Assembly: GCA_027320175.1 (NCBI GenBank)
Contig: DAHVLU010000024.1
Coordinates: forward strand, 16,349 to 80,348
Length of the DNA stretch: 64,000 bases
Source: Nitrososphaerota archaeon
Lineage (GTDB): Archaea > Thermoproteota > Nitrososphaeria > Nitrososphaerales > Gagatemarchaeaceae
Reading direction: 5' to 3'
Numbering within the stretch: position 1 is the first letter of the stretch; each line of letters starts with the position of its first letter. The translations under genes were made by a program, and so were the position numbers. A model generated the notes under the pieces. It was given only the letters and a program-made list of their open reading frames with translations, searched no databases and was not told where the DNA came from. Shown here one piece after another: positions 1-9,178 of this stretch.

Positions 1-1
1 A

Positions 2-496
2 GACGACCTCGAGGAGTTCGCCCCGACGAGGTTCGTCGGGCGGCTGCTCGGCATGGGGGACCTGAAGTCGCTGATGGAGATGGTCAGGGACGCCGACGTC
101 GTCGTGGACGAGAAGATGACACAGCGGGTCATGACGGGGAAGATGACCATGAACGACCTCCTGGCCCAGTTCGAGCAGATGAAGAAGTTCGGGTCGCTGA
201 AGAAGGTCCTGGAGCGGATACCCGGCTTCTCGGGCCAGGTAGACGCCAAGGAGCTCGACAAGGCTGAGGACAGGGTCAAGGTCTACAAGTCGATCATCCA
301 GTCTATGACCGGGGACGAGAAGAACAACCCCGAGACCATCAATTCCAGCAGGCTGAAGCGCATCGCGAGGGGTTCAGGGCGGAGCGAGAAGGACGTGAGG
401 GAGCTGCTCGCAAGATACAAGCAGATGAAGACCCTGGTGAAGACGAGCAAGGGCCGTGAGCTCCGTCAGATGATGCGGCGCATGGGTGAAGGATAG
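2..496 (+). CDS. srp54: Signal recognition particle protein SRP54, C-terminal M domain (5' end outside window)
   Basis: Frame is open from nt 2. RFVGRLLGMGDL hinge motif followed by a Met/Lys/Arg-rich M domain (SSRLKRIARGSGRSEKDVRELL, KQMK, MMRRMG). Confidence 0.9.
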   Translation, partial: DDLEEFAPTRFVGRLLGMGDLKSLMEMVRDADVVVDEKMTQRVMTGKMTMNDLLAQFEQMKKFGSLKKVLERIPGFSGQVDAKELDKAEDRVKVYKSIIQSMTGDEKNNPETINSSRLKRIARGSGRSEKDVRELLARYKQMKTLVKTSKGRELRQMMRRMGEG

Positions 497-1628
497 AGTG
501 TCTGGGACGCTGCAGGCCTACGGGCTCTGCAGGTACTGCTCCGAAAGGGAGGGGGCGGACGCGCCCGGACTGGCTGTGGTGCCCGGCGCCGAATGCGCCG
601 TCTGCTCAGGACTCATGGACAGGACGGAAGCCATGGGCGAGCAGGCAGCGAGGAAGCTGCGTTCCTTTGACTTCCGTACGTTCGCGGTCGGAGTCTCTCT
701 CCCCGAAGGGGTCCAAGAGAAGGAGGACGAGCTGCGGTCCGACCTGAAGTTGAAGGGCAGGGAGACGATCAAGACGCAGGCAGCTAGGCTCGTCGCCTCG
801 TTCGTATCCCGCTCCACCAGGAAGAGGCTGGACAAGAAGAACCCCGACGTCACCGTCCTGGCCAACTTCGAGGTGGGCGAAGTCTCGCTCTCGTCGAAGC
901 CCCTGTTCTACTATGGCAGATACGCGAAGCCTGCAGGCATCGCACAGCGCAGGTCGTTCTGCGAGTGGTGTCGGGGGTCGGGGTGTGAGAAGTGCCGCGG
1001 CACCGGATACCAGCGGAAGCCTAGTGTTGAGGAAGTCCTCGGCAAGAAGCTCGGGGGACTCTGCGGAAGCACCAGGGTGGTGTTCACCTGGCTGGGAAGC
1101 GAGGACAGAGAGAGCAGGGTCTTCCCCCCTGGGCGGCCCTTCGTCGCCGAGATCAAGAACCCGAGGAAGAGGAGGCTGCCGAAGAAGCTCGGGGCGAGGC
1201 TCCGGAAGGGGACCCTGGCGGTTTCGGCGGGGAAGGTGCTGCCCTCCAAGCCTACTCGCCTTCCGCCGTTCAAGTTCATCACCGACATCCGGGCCCAGGC
1301 TGCGACGAAGGTGGATCAGGAGGCTCTGCGGGAGCTGAAATCGGCTTTCAAGGGAGCCTCGGTCACGTTCCAGCGGCCCAACAACAGGCCGGCCATGAAG
1401 ACGGTCTACAGCGCCTCGGCCACCGCCAGGGGGAGGGCCCTTCTCATCAGGGCCGAGCTGGACGGCGGGCTCCCGGTCAAGAGGTTCGTAAGCGGAGAAC
1501 TCGTCTCACCATCTGTGTCGGAAGTCTTAAAAACTGAAGTCGGTTGCCGCAGTTTCGACATCCGCAAAGTCAGAGAGATAGGGGAATTCGGATTTGCCGA
1601 AATCGCACGGAGCGAGGAGAAGAACTAG
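486..1628 (+). CDS. pus10: tRNA pseudouridine synthase Pus10
   Basis: N-terminal CxxC...CxxC zinc module (CRYCSE...CAVCSG), a second Cys cluster (CEWCRGSGCEKCRGTG), and a GSEDRESRV...GRPFVAEIKNP catalytic-core pattern typical of Pus10. Confidence 0.85.
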   Translation: MKDRVSGTLQAYGLCRYCSEREGADAPGLAVVPGAECAVCSGLMDRTEAMGEQAARKLRSFDFRTFAVGVSLPEGVQEKEDELRSDLKLKGRETIKTQAARLVASFVSRSTRKRLDKKNPDVTVLANFEVGEVSLSSKPLFYYGRYAKPAGIAQRRSFCEWCRGSGCEKCRGTGYQRKPSVEEVLGKKLGGLCGSTRVVFTWLGSEDRESRVFPPGRPFVAEIKNPRKRRLPKKLGARLRKGTLAVSAGKVLPSKPTRLPPFKFITDIRAQAATKVDQEALRELKSAFKGASVTFQRPNNRPAMKTVYSASATARGRALLIRAELDGGLPVKRFVSGELVSPSVSEVLKTEVGCRSFDIRKVREIGEFGFAEIARSEEKN

Positions 1629-1878
1629 GTCCCTTCTGAGGTCGTCGGCCAAGAAGGGTCTGAGCAGCCTGCTCGTAGAATACTCTCCGAACGACAAAGT
1701 CGTCGTAAAGATCGACCCGGCCCAGGTGAAGGGGATGCCGCACAGGAGGTTCAACGGGCTCGTGGGCACAGTCACCGAGGTTGGGAGGAGGGCGGTTACC
1801 GTGGACGTCGCAGTGGGGAACAAGGTCAAGAAGCTCGTGGCCAGGAAGGAGCACGTGGTGCGCATGGAGGGGAGCTGA
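1594..1878 (+). CDS. rpl21e: 50S ribosomal protein L21e
   Basis: MPKSHGARRRTR start (TTG) and KGMPHRRFNGLVGTV core. Overlaps the pus10 3' end. Confidence 0.9.
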   Translation: MPKSHGARRRTRSLLRSSAKKGLSSLLVEYSPNDKVVVKIDPAQVKGMPHRRFNGLVGTVTEVGRRAVTVDVAVGNKVKKLVARKEHVVRMEGS

Positions 1879-2204
1879 TGTCAGAGAAGCCCGAGAAGAA
1901 ACTGCTCACCATCGCCGAGGCGAACCAGATACTCCAGAAGATCGACGTCGAGAAGGCTGACCAGATTCAGAAGCGCACCCTCGACTACACCACGAAGTTT
2001 GCGAAGTCGGAGGCGGACAAGGCGAAGAAGCTGAGGAAGGAGCTGGAACACGAGGCAGGCCTTAGCGAGGAAGAGGCCGTCGAGCTGGTCAACATAGCGC
2101 CGAAGTCGGTCGAAGAGCTGAGGACGTTCACTTCAGGGTGGAGGAAGCTGCTCTCCACAGAGACCCTTGAGAAGATACTGAAGATCCTCCACTCGAAGTC
2201 CTAG
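1878..2204 (+). CDS. rpoF: DNA-directed RNA polymerase subunit Rpo4/F
   Basis: 108-aa helical protein (LTIAEANQIL...EEAVELVNIAPKSVEELR). Start overlaps the rpl21e stop (TGATG). Lies in the conserved L21e-RpoF-DUF655-KsgA order. Confidence 0.8.
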   Translation: MSEKPEKKLLTIAEANQILQKIDVEKADQIQKRTLDYTTKFAKSEADKAKKLRKELEHEAGLSEEEAVELVNIAPKSVEELRTFTSGWRKLLSTETLEKILKILHSKS

Positions 2205-2343
2205 CCCGACCAAGCGTTAAATAAGAAGGCGGCCGCTGAATTCCAACGGGGAAGCGCAGGGGATTTTAGATGACAGTCGTGGTTCTCTACCGTTCCGTGA
2301 GGTCCCCCTCAGAATAGGCAGCTCGAAGAGGTAGTCCTGGAAC

Positions 2344-2901
2344 ATGATGCCAGCTGACAAGAAGTACGAGGAGTTTGCGTTCGTATTGGACTTCATGCCT
2401 AGGGGGAAGTCCGTCGCGATAAAGGGGAGAGAGGGCCCCATGGTGCAGGCCATAGGGGAGGACAGGCTGACCCTGCTCGAGCTCCTCGCGATGGAGGACC
2501 GCGACTTCGACGCCGGGGAGAAGGTCAAGATCGGCAAGGAGGGACGGGAGAAGATAGTCAGCGTGCTGGGGAAGCTCACCTACGAGGATATGTCCCCCGA
2601 GGCCAGGGCGTCTCTCCCCCTCGTGGTCGAGGCCCTGGTGAAGGACAATGAGAAGAAGTACGTCGCCGCCTTCAACGACCTCCAGCCGCTGACGCCGAGG
2701 CTGCATGGACTGGAACTCATCCCGGGCATCGGGAAGACTTTCATGATGGAGATCGTGGCGATGAGGGAAAAGCAGCCGTTCGCCAGCTTCGACGACATCC
2801 AGAAGAGGGTCGGGCTCCGGGAGCCGGCGAAGATGATTGCGAAGAGGATCATCGAGGAGCTGGCAGGGGACTCGAGGGTCAGCATATTCGTCAAGAAGTA
2901 G
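2344..2901 (+). CDS. DUF655-family putative RNA/nucleotide-binding protein
   Basis: YEEFAFVLDFMPRGK N-terminus with a C-terminal helix-hairpin-helix-like LELIPGIGK. Conserved position between rpoF and ksgA. Confidence 0.7.
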   Translation: MMPADKKYEEFAFVLDFMPRGKSVAIKGREGPMVQAIGEDRLTLLELLAMEDRDFDAGEKVKIGKEGREKIVSVLGKLTYEDMSPEARASLPLVVEALVKDNEKKYVAAFNDLQPLTPRLHGLELIPGIGKTFMMEIVAMREKQPFASFDDIQKRVGLREPAKMIAKRIIEELAGDSRVSIFVKK

Positions 2902-3603
2902 ATGAAGCGTCAGAGACTCGGGCAGCACTACCTCGTCGACGCGCAAGTGATCAGAGAAATCGTCGGATTCGCGCGCATTCAGCCCTCGGAGCGGGTCCTG
3001 GAGATCGGGACAGGCAGGGGAGCCCTTACTGGAGAGCTGGTCAGGCTGGGCGCCGCCTTCATTGGCTACGAAGTCGATGAGGACAACTACGAAGCAACGC
3101 GCGAAGCGGTACGAGGGACCAGGGCGGAGATGGTGCACGGCGACGCCTTCGCAGGCGAACCCAGCTTCGATGTGCTCGTGACCAGCCTCCCCTACTCCGA
3201 GTCGGCGACCTTCGTCCGGTGGCTGAGCTCGCGCGAGTTCTCGAGGGCGATAGCCGTCCTACAGCAGGACTTCGTGGAGAAGATAACTGCCGCGCCGGGG
3301 GACCGGGAGTACCGCGGCATCTCCGCCGTCGCTCAGATAGCGTTCGGAGTCAAGGTGCTGAGGAAGGTGGCCAGGGCTGCGTTCGACCCTCAGCCCCGGG
3401 TCGACTCGGTCATCGTTTCGTTCGTCCCGAAGAGGAAGATCGCACAAGACGAGGTCTCGGACGTCATCCGCCTGTTTTCGCTGAGGCGCAGACAGGTGGA
3501 CGTGGCGCTCGCGAAGCTGGGGATGGAGCGGAAGAGGAGCTTCGGCAGAAGGCGGGTGGTCTCGCTGGCCCCCGAAGAAGTGCACGAAATCTGCCTGCAG
3601 TGA
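2902..3603 (+). CDS. rsmA: 16S rRNA (adenine-N6,N6)-dimethyltransferase RsmA/KsgA (Dim1)
   Basis: LGQHYLVD start, SAM motif VLEIGTGRGALT, motif IV TSLPYS. Confidence 0.9.
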   Translation: MKRQRLGQHYLVDAQVIREIVGFARIQPSERVLEIGTGRGALTGELVRLGAAFIGYEVDEDNYEATREAVRGTRAEMVHGDAFAGEPSFDVLVTSLPYSESATFVRWLSSREFSRAIAVLQQDFVEKITAAPGDREYRGISAVAQIAFGVKVLRKVARAAFDPQPRVDSVIVSFVPKRKIAQDEVSDVIRLFSLRRRQVDVALAKLGMERKRSFGRRRVVSLAPEEVHEICLQ

Positions 3604-3634
3604 TGGCTTTAACCGCCGAAGGCCGTGCCCGGCC

Positions 3635-4351
3635 ATGCTCCCGCGTGGCGTGTCGGTCACCCTGGTCGAGCCCAAGGGGCCTGTCAACATCGGCCACGTG
3701 GCCAGGCTGATTCAGAACTTCGGGGTCGAAAAGCTGTACCTGGTCGAGCCCAAGGCGGACCTTTCCGTGGCGGCCATCTACGCTTCTCATGCCTCCGCCG
3801 TTCTGGACCGGGCGGTGATCACGACGTTCGAGCAGGTCAGGAAGGAGCACGAGCTGCTGGTTGCCACCACCGCGGTGCGGGCGACCAAGGGGTCCAACGT
3901 CGTCCGCAGGATGGCGAGGGTGGACCGCCTCCATGAGATCCTTTCGTCGTCGGCCTCGTCTTCACTGGTCTTCGGCAGGGACAGCACTGGACTGACCAAC
4001 GAAGAAATCGGGATGTGCGATGCCACCATCACCATAGACACGGGCAAGGAGTACAGGTCGCTCAACATTGGGCATGCAGTCGCCATCTCGCTCTATCTCG
4101 CGTCGAGGGGGAGCAAGGGGCGGAAGTCTGCACAGGGACGCAAGGCGAGAGAAGTCTTCGCACGCAGCTTCTACGAACTGGCGGTGGCGTCGAGGATCCC
4201 CGGGCACAAGACCAGGAACGCGCTGGACGCCGCCAGGAGGATAGCGGCGACATCCAGCATGACCGACGCCCAGCTCAACATGCTATCAGGGGTGTTCAGG
4301 AAGGCAGTGAATACGATGGATTCGGCTCAGGACCGAGGCTCGAAGACGTAG
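3635..4351 (+). CDS. SPOUT-class RNA 2'-O-methyltransferase, TrmJ/TrmH-like
   Basis: VTLVEPKGPVNIGHVARLIQNFG, LVFGRDSTGLTNEE and SLNIGHAVAISLY are SPOUT knot motifs. Has a C-terminal extension as in TrmJ. Confidence 0.75.
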   Translation: MLPRGVSVTLVEPKGPVNIGHVARLIQNFGVEKLYLVEPKADLSVAAIYASHASAVLDRAVITTFEQVRKEHELLVATTAVRATKGSNVVRRMARVDRLHEILSSSASSSLVFGRDSTGLTNEEIGMCDATITIDTGKEYRSLNIGHAVAISLYLASRGSKGRKSAQGRKAREVFARSFYELAVASRIPGHKTRNALDAARRIAATSSMTDAQLNMLSGVFRKAVNTMDSAQDRGSKT

Positions 4352-5580
4352 ACCGCCCTCCTGATCCACCGCGTGCTCTCGAACGAGAGCCTGACCGGGT
4401 AGTCGAAGCCCACCGGTCCGGGTTGATAGAGCCTCAGGCCCACCCTCCGGCCGTCGAGGGTGAGGGTGACCTCATCCCCGTCCATGGTCTGTACCGCGGG
4501 TACAACCACCACTATCCTCCCGTCAGGCTGGATGCACTCTGCCATCGATGCGAGGGCGTCGTTGTACACCCTGGCAGCGTCCTCGACCATGGCGCGGGCT
4601 GTGGCGGTCCTGGGCCTCGCGTCAAGCCTGGGCAGAAGGAGCGGCTCGGTGACGATGCCGTTCACCTTCGTCCCTCTGAGCATCCTCTGTAGGTCTCGGG
4701 CGTCTCCCTTCCTGATGTCGTAGCCCATGTCAGTCACGCCCCCGATGGACCATCGCAGGTTCTCCCTCGCTTCTTGGACGCGGCTGGCGCGCGAATCGAC
4801 CCCCAGACAGCGCAGTGACTTCGCCAGTGCCTCGACCAGGATCGTTCCTGCGCCGCAGAATGGATCCAGCAGGGTCTGGCCCGGCGCGAGCCCGGCCAGG
4901 TTCACCAGGGTCCTGGCGAGGCGCGGAGAGAGCGCGATGTCAGGGTGGGGGGCCGGGCGCCGGGTCCCTCTATGACGCATCTTGGCCGAGTCGGGGACCC
5001 AGGCAGTCGGCGCGAGCGCGAAGCCTCCGTGGTATGGGAACGCGACCACGTCGGCCGACCCCCTCGCAAGCACCTGTTCGGAGAGCAGCTCGTTTCCGTC
5101 GGGCCTGAGCAGACGGACTTTCCTGAGCCCCTTCGCCCTGAGGCCGTCGAGCATCGACCTGACCAGGTCCTCATAGTCGTCCTCCGCGATGCCGTACCCG
5201 CTGAGGGATACGTTGGACTTCTCTTCGAGGTGCGAGGACAGGAGGTCGACCAGCTTGGGCTGGTCGGATGATGCGTTGTCAACCACTTCGGTTATCGGGC
5301 CGCACTTGTGCGCCCCGGACAGCTCCCCCAGGAACCGCGGCGCGAGGTGGTCGACGTGGAGCACAGACAAGCGCTCGACGGGCTCCTCTGCCCGCTGGAT
5401 GTCCCGCCCGAAAAGCGCGCAGGCCTCGAGGACAGAGAGCTTCCCGAAGGCAAGCACGAGCGCCACCTCGTCAGACTCGAGCAGGGAGGGCGGAAGCGTG
5501 AAGGGCAAGCGGTCCCGCTCGACCTGGCCCACGGTATTAAGCGTGGGCCGCCCGACCACCGGATTGGAAGTGGGGTCCAT
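4327..5580 (-). CDS. Trm11/Trm14-like N2-guanine RNA methyltransferase family protein with atypical motif IV
   Basis: PDIALSPRLARTLVNLAG...LLDPFCGAGTILVEA (SAM motif I). The position of the usual DPPYG motif reads GIVTEPLLL. Confidence 0.6.
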   Translation of the reverse strand: MDPTSNPVVGRPTLNTVGQVERDRLPFTLPPSLLESDEVALVLAFGKLSVLEACALFGRDIQRAEEPVERLSVLHVDHLAPRFLGELSGAHKCGPITEVVDNASSDQPKLVDLLSSHLEEKSNVSLSGYGIAEDDYEDLVRSMLDGLRAKGLRKVRLLRPDGNELLSEQVLARGSADVVAFPYHGGFALAPTAWVPDSAKMRHRGTRRPAPHPDIALSPRLARTLVNLAGLAPGQTLLDPFCGAGTILVEALAKSLRCLGVDSRASRVQEARENLRWSIGGVTDMGYDIRKGDARDLQRMLRGTKVNGIVTEPLLLPRLDARPRTATARAMVEDAARVYNDALASMAECIQPDGRIVVVVPAVQTMDGDEVTLTLDGRRVGLRLYQPGPVGFDYPVRLSFESTRWIRRAVYVFEPRS

Positions 5581-5681
5581 GAAAGGCAGCCCATGGCGGG
5601 TTGGAAGACCGGGCGAGTGGAACCGACCCGCTGAAGCTTAATTAGGGGTCGCCGAAGCGCCTTTTTCGAAGGTCGTTTCGG

Positions 5682-6203
5682 TTGCACGGCTCGAACTATC
5701 GCCAGCAGAAGGGGATGTTCTACAACAAGAAGTTCGCCCCGGGCGCCCCGAACCCCAAAGTCGCGCGTTTCACAACCGGAAAGTACAGGCCTGACTACGA
5801 CTTTCTGTTCAAACTGGTCTCCGAGGGCAAACTGCAGATCCGGCACAACGCCCTCGAAGCGGCCAGGGTCGCCGCAAGCAAGAAAGTGACGCTCGTTGGA
5901 GAGGAGAACTTCCTTCTCAGAGTAGTGACCTATCCGCACCTCGTGCTCAGGGAAAACAAGATGATTGCCACCGCCGGCGCAGACAGGCTGCAGGAAGGGA
6001 TGAGGAAGGCCTTCGGCAAGCCGATCGGACTGGCGGCCAGGGTGGGCATAGGCAGCGTCGTGCTCGAGCTGAGCGTCAAGGCGGAGAACTTCGAGAAGGG
6101 GAAGGAAGCCATGTGGGCCGCCGCGACCAAGCTTCCGATGAAGACCCACACGGAGATAATCAAACTGAGAGAGGAAGCGGCGCCGACTCAGGAAGCGGTC
6201 TAG
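5682..6203 (+). CDS. rpl10e: 50S ribosomal protein L10e (uL16)
   Basis: KVARFTTGK...QIRHNALEAARVAASK...MRKAFGKP pattern of L10e. TTG start with TATA-like CTTAATTA ~40 nt upstream. Confidence 0.9.
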   Translation: MHGSNYRQQKGMFYNKKFAPGAPNPKVARFTTGKYRPDYDFLFKLVSEGKLQIRHNALEAARVAASKKVTLVGEENFLLRVVTYPHLVLRENKMIATAGADRLQEGMRKAFGKPIGLAARVGIGSVVLELSVKAENFEKGKEAMWAAATKLPMKTHTEIIKLREEAAPTQEAV

Positions 6204-6303
6204 AAGACCCTCGGACCGGCTTCGCTAGATTCGTCTCCCAGAAGTATATAATGAACCCAAGTGTCACGCGCATGAAATCCGAGGCAAGACCCAGGGGAAT
6301 AGC

Positions 6304-7335
6304 ATGACGGTCAGGATAGACGAAGCGAAGGTGTTCGAGATAATCGAGTCGAAGAAGCCGAAGGTGGTGCTTGTCAACGCCCCGGGCGGGCTGCTCAGGC
6401 AGACCAAGGAGATGATGGAGCGGGTGAAAGCGAAGTACGGTGTGAATTCGATACTGTCGGGAGACAGCTGCTTCGGGATATGCGACACCGCTGACGACGA
6501 CGTGGAGAAGCTCCAGGCCGACCTGGCGCTGCACATCGGCCACAACGCCGCGGTGACGGAGGTGGGCGACCACACCTATCTGATCGACGCCGTGGACGAC
6601 GTCGACTTCGGCGAGGTCACGGAGTCCGCTGCCAGGGTCATGGCGCCGTACCGGCGCGTCGGGCTCGCCACATTCAGCCAGCACCTGCACCAGCTTGGTC
6701 CAGTGAAGAAGAAGCTCGAATCCAAGGGGTTCCAGGTGAAGGTCGGCGGAGGGAACAACCTGATGCTGGAAGGGCAGGTCTTCGGATGTGACTTTTCGAC
6801 GCCCTACCCCATACGCGACGACGTCGACGCATTCGCCCTGCTCGGGGAAAGCGAGTTCCATGCTGTGGGGCTGGCCCTCGCCACAGGGAAGCCAACTTTC
6901 ATGCTGGACCCGTACATGAACGAGGTGACCGACATGAAGGAGGCGGCCGAAGAGAGGAGGAAGAGGGCGATTCTCGCCGTGTACAAGGCGAGGGACGCCA
7001 GGGTCTTCGGCGTCATCACGGGCCTGAAAGAAGGCCAGAAGATGCTGGGGAGGAGCAAGTGGATAGCCAAGCGTCTGGAGATGAACGGGAGGAAGGTCGT
7101 CCAGCTTGCAATGAGAGAAGTGACCCCGGAGAGGCTAGCCCCCCACAGGGAGATCGAAGCCTTTGTCCAGACGGCCTGCCCGAGGATATCCATCGACGGC
7201 TTCACATTCGACAGACCGGTGCTCTCAATCCCCCAGGCCGACGCTTTAGTGGCACTTATTGAGGGGAGGGAACCGGGGGAGTTCCTTGAACGTGCGAAGT
7301 GGATCGAACTCACGGTGGGGCTGATTAAGAAATGA
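6304..7335 (+). CDS. dph2: 2-(3-amino-3-carboxypropyl)histidine synthase (diphthamide synthesis, Dph2)
   Basis: 343 aa with Dph2-like layout (VLVNAPGGLL, CFGICD, ACPRISID cysteine positions). Confidence 0.8.
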   Translation: MTVRIDEAKVFEIIESKKPKVVLVNAPGGLLRQTKEMMERVKAKYGVNSILSGDSCFGICDTADDDVEKLQADLALHIGHNAAVTEVGDHTYLIDAVDDVDFGEVTESAARVMAPYRRVGLATFSQHLHQLGPVKKKLESKGFQVKVGGGNNLMLEGQVFGCDFSTPYPIRDDVDAFALLGESEFHAVGLALATGKPTFMLDPYMNEVTDMKEAAEERRKRAILAVYKARDARVFGVITGLKEGQKMLGRSKWIAKRLEMNGRKVVQLAMREVTPERLAPHREIEAFVQTACPRISIDGFTFDRPVLSIPQADALVALIEGREPGEFLERAKWIELTVGLIKK

Positions 7336-7907
7336 AAGAGACAAAGAAGGCAAGCGTCCTCCCAGGAGACAAGGTGGCCGTCTCAGAGGAGTTCCTCCCC
7401 GGCGTGCACACGTACGAAGCTTCGGGAGTGATCAGGGCCCTGACGGCCGGGTCAGTCATGCGGGACATGAGGACCATGGAGATCTCCGTGAAGCCCTCGG
7501 CCCAGCCGGAGCTGATCAAGGTGGACGACTGGGTGACAGGGCAGGTCGAGGGGTCCCAGGCCAACTCCGCCAACGTCCACATCTACTTCCACAACGGGAA
7601 GCCGACCTTCAAGGACTTCTCCGGGATGCTCTCGCTGAGGGGGCTCTCTGGAGGCGGGAGGGGCGCGCGAAGGACCACTCCTGTCAAGACAGGGGACGTC
7701 GTGCGGTGCAGGGTGTTCAGCCTGGTCAACGGCATCATCCACCTCAACATCGACGAGCCGGACATGGGGGTGGTGGCCGCCCTCTGCGGGAACTGCGGCA
7801 GGCACCTGCTCAAGGGGAACGCGACCAGGGTGAAGTGCGACGAATGCGGTAACGTGGAGGAGAGGAAGCTGGCCAGGGACTTCGGGACTACGCCCATAGA
7901 GCCCTAA
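7332..7907 (+). CDS. csl4: Exosome complex RNA-binding subunit Csl4
   Basis: LPGDKVAVSEEFLPG N-terminal domain, S1-like middle, C-terminal zinc ribbon CGNCGRHL...CDECG. ATGA overlap with dph2. Confidence 0.85.
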   Translation: MKETKKASVLPGDKVAVSEEFLPGVHTYEASGVIRALTAGSVMRDMRTMEISVKPSAQPELIKVDDWVTGQVEGSQANSANVHIYFHNGKPTFKDFSGMLSLRGLSGGGRGARRTTPVKTGDVVRCRVFSLVNGIIHLNIDEPDMGVVAALCGNCGRHLLKGNATRVKCDECGNVEERKLARDFGTTPIEP

Positions 7908-7965
7908 TCGAGTGAAAATCAGGCTATTTCCTTAAAAGCAAGAATCCGGCGGGCCGTCAAGCAAA

Positions 7966-8253
7966 TTGCAAGTCCAGACCACAAGCGAAGAAGAGAAGGG
8001 CCTCACAGTGGAGATCACCGGAGAGGACTACTCCCTGGCAGAGATCGTCCACCATGAGCTGCTCGAGGAGAAGAGTGTGACGTTCGCAGGTGTGCTTCCG
8101 CCCCACCCCCTGATCAAGAAGCTCGTGTTGAAGGTCCGGGCACAGCGCATCAAGCCTGAGAAGGCCTTCACCAACAGCGTCGAAAGGGCCATGGAGACCA
8201 CCAAGGACCTGTATGGCAGCGTCAAGAAGGCACTCGGCGGTGCTTCCAGCTGA
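7966..8253 (+). CDS. rpoL: DNA-directed RNA polymerase subunit Rpo11/L
   Basis: EITGEDYSLAEIVHHELLEEKSVTFAGVLPPHPL, typical Rpo11. Confidence 0.85.
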   Translation: MQVQTTSEEEKGLTVEITGEDYSLAEIVHHELLEEKSVTFAGVLPPHPLIKKLVLKVRAQRIKPEKAFTNSVERAMETTKDLYGSVKKALGGASS

Positions 8254-8594
8254 AGTTCTGCCCGAAGTGCGGAACCCGCCTCAAGCTCAAGCAGATCAAG
8301 GGTCCCCGCGAAGTTTCGGTGACTTACATGTGCGACAACTGTGGCTATTCGAAGAAGGAAGGGAATGCTCTGGTCCAGAAGACCGAGGACGAGCTGGCCA
8401 ACACCCCCCAGATCAAGGTCGTCGGCGAGAAGGAGGAGAAGCTGAATTCGCTGCCCACCACGAAGATCGACTGTCCAAAGTGCGGGAACGACGAGGCGTT
8501 CTGGTGGTTCCTCCAGACCAGGAGCGGAGACGAGCCGCCCACCCAGTTCTACAGGTGCGTGAAGTGCAACCACACCTGGCGAAGCTACAGCTGA
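8250..8594 (+). CDS. tfs: Transcription factor S (TFS / RpoM-like); start proposed at CTG 8250, conservative start GTG 8319
   Basis: C-terminal ribbon CPKCGNDEAFWWFLQTRSGDEPPTQFYRCVKCNHTW. The N-terminal ribbon KFCPKCGTRL...MCDNCGY is in frame upstream of the first ATG/GTG/TTG. 114 aa from 8250 matches the usual TFS length. Confidence 0.75.
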   Translation: MKFCPKCGTRLKLKQIKGPREVSVTYMCDNCGYSKKEGNALVQKTEDELANTPQIKVVGEKEEKLNSLPTTKIDCPKCGNDEAFWWFLQTRSGDEPPTQFYRCVKCNHTWRSYS

Positions 8595-8620
8595 CACTGG
8601 TCAGGCTCGGCTGTCAGGGC

Positions 8621-9178
8621 CTACGTTTCGTCCCTCGTGTAGACCTCCACGGCGTCTCCGCCTGCGATGAGGATGTCTGCGCTCGCAGCCGGTATCGAAG
8701 CCACGTCCTCGGCTTCGAAGGGACCATAGTGCCTCAGGTCCAGCCCCACCTGTTCGTCTACCCTCCTGAGGAACCTGACCGTGATGTTCCTCCTTGCCTC
8801 GGTCAGGTGGGCGAACTCGACGAAGGACGGCTGGCCGCCTGACACCGCGTCCACCAGGGCCTCCAGCCTCCTCTGGAACCGCTGTTCAGCCGAGCAGACG
8901 TACCTCTCCTCCGGCAGCAGCTGCAGGACAGCGCCCTGCTGGACTGCCTTTCTCGCCCTGAGCTTCAGGAGCTGCCTCACCATGGACTCGAGCATCTTCT
9001 CCTGGGCACCGGTCAGTCTCGCGGACAGCTCGGACGCCCCTGAAGCCGCAGACCTCTTCAGTTTCTGGCTGTACGACGAGATGCTGGAGTAGAAGTCACT
9101 TGGGAGGGGGAGGAGCTCGGGAGAGCTGCCCTCCGAGTCGAGCCGCCTCTTCAGATATTCGAGCGTGGTTTCAGGCAT
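8621..9178 (-). CDS. GINS subunit (Gins51/Gins15-like)
   Basis: 185 aa. LLPLPSDFYSSISSY, LLKLRARKAV and LLPEERYV resemble the GINS A domain, followed by a C-terminal B-like domain. Immediately downstream of priS, a conserved pairing. Confidence 0.55.
   Translation of the reverse strand: MPETTLEYLKRRLDSEGSSPELLPLPSDFYSSISSYSQKLKRSAASGASELSARLTGAQEKMLESMVRQLLKLRARKAVQQGAVLQLLPEERYVCSAEQRFQRRLEALVDAVSGGQPSFVEFAHLTEARRNITVRFLRRVDEQVGLDLRHYGPFEAEDVASIPAASADILIAGGDAVEVYTRDET

Noticed and set aside
2255-2325. Possible C/D-box sRNA in the rpoF-DUF655 intergenic region (AGATGAC … CAGA)
   Set aside because: The C box is imperfect. No CUGA D or D' boxes occur at the required ~12-nt guide spacing, and there is no terminal stem.
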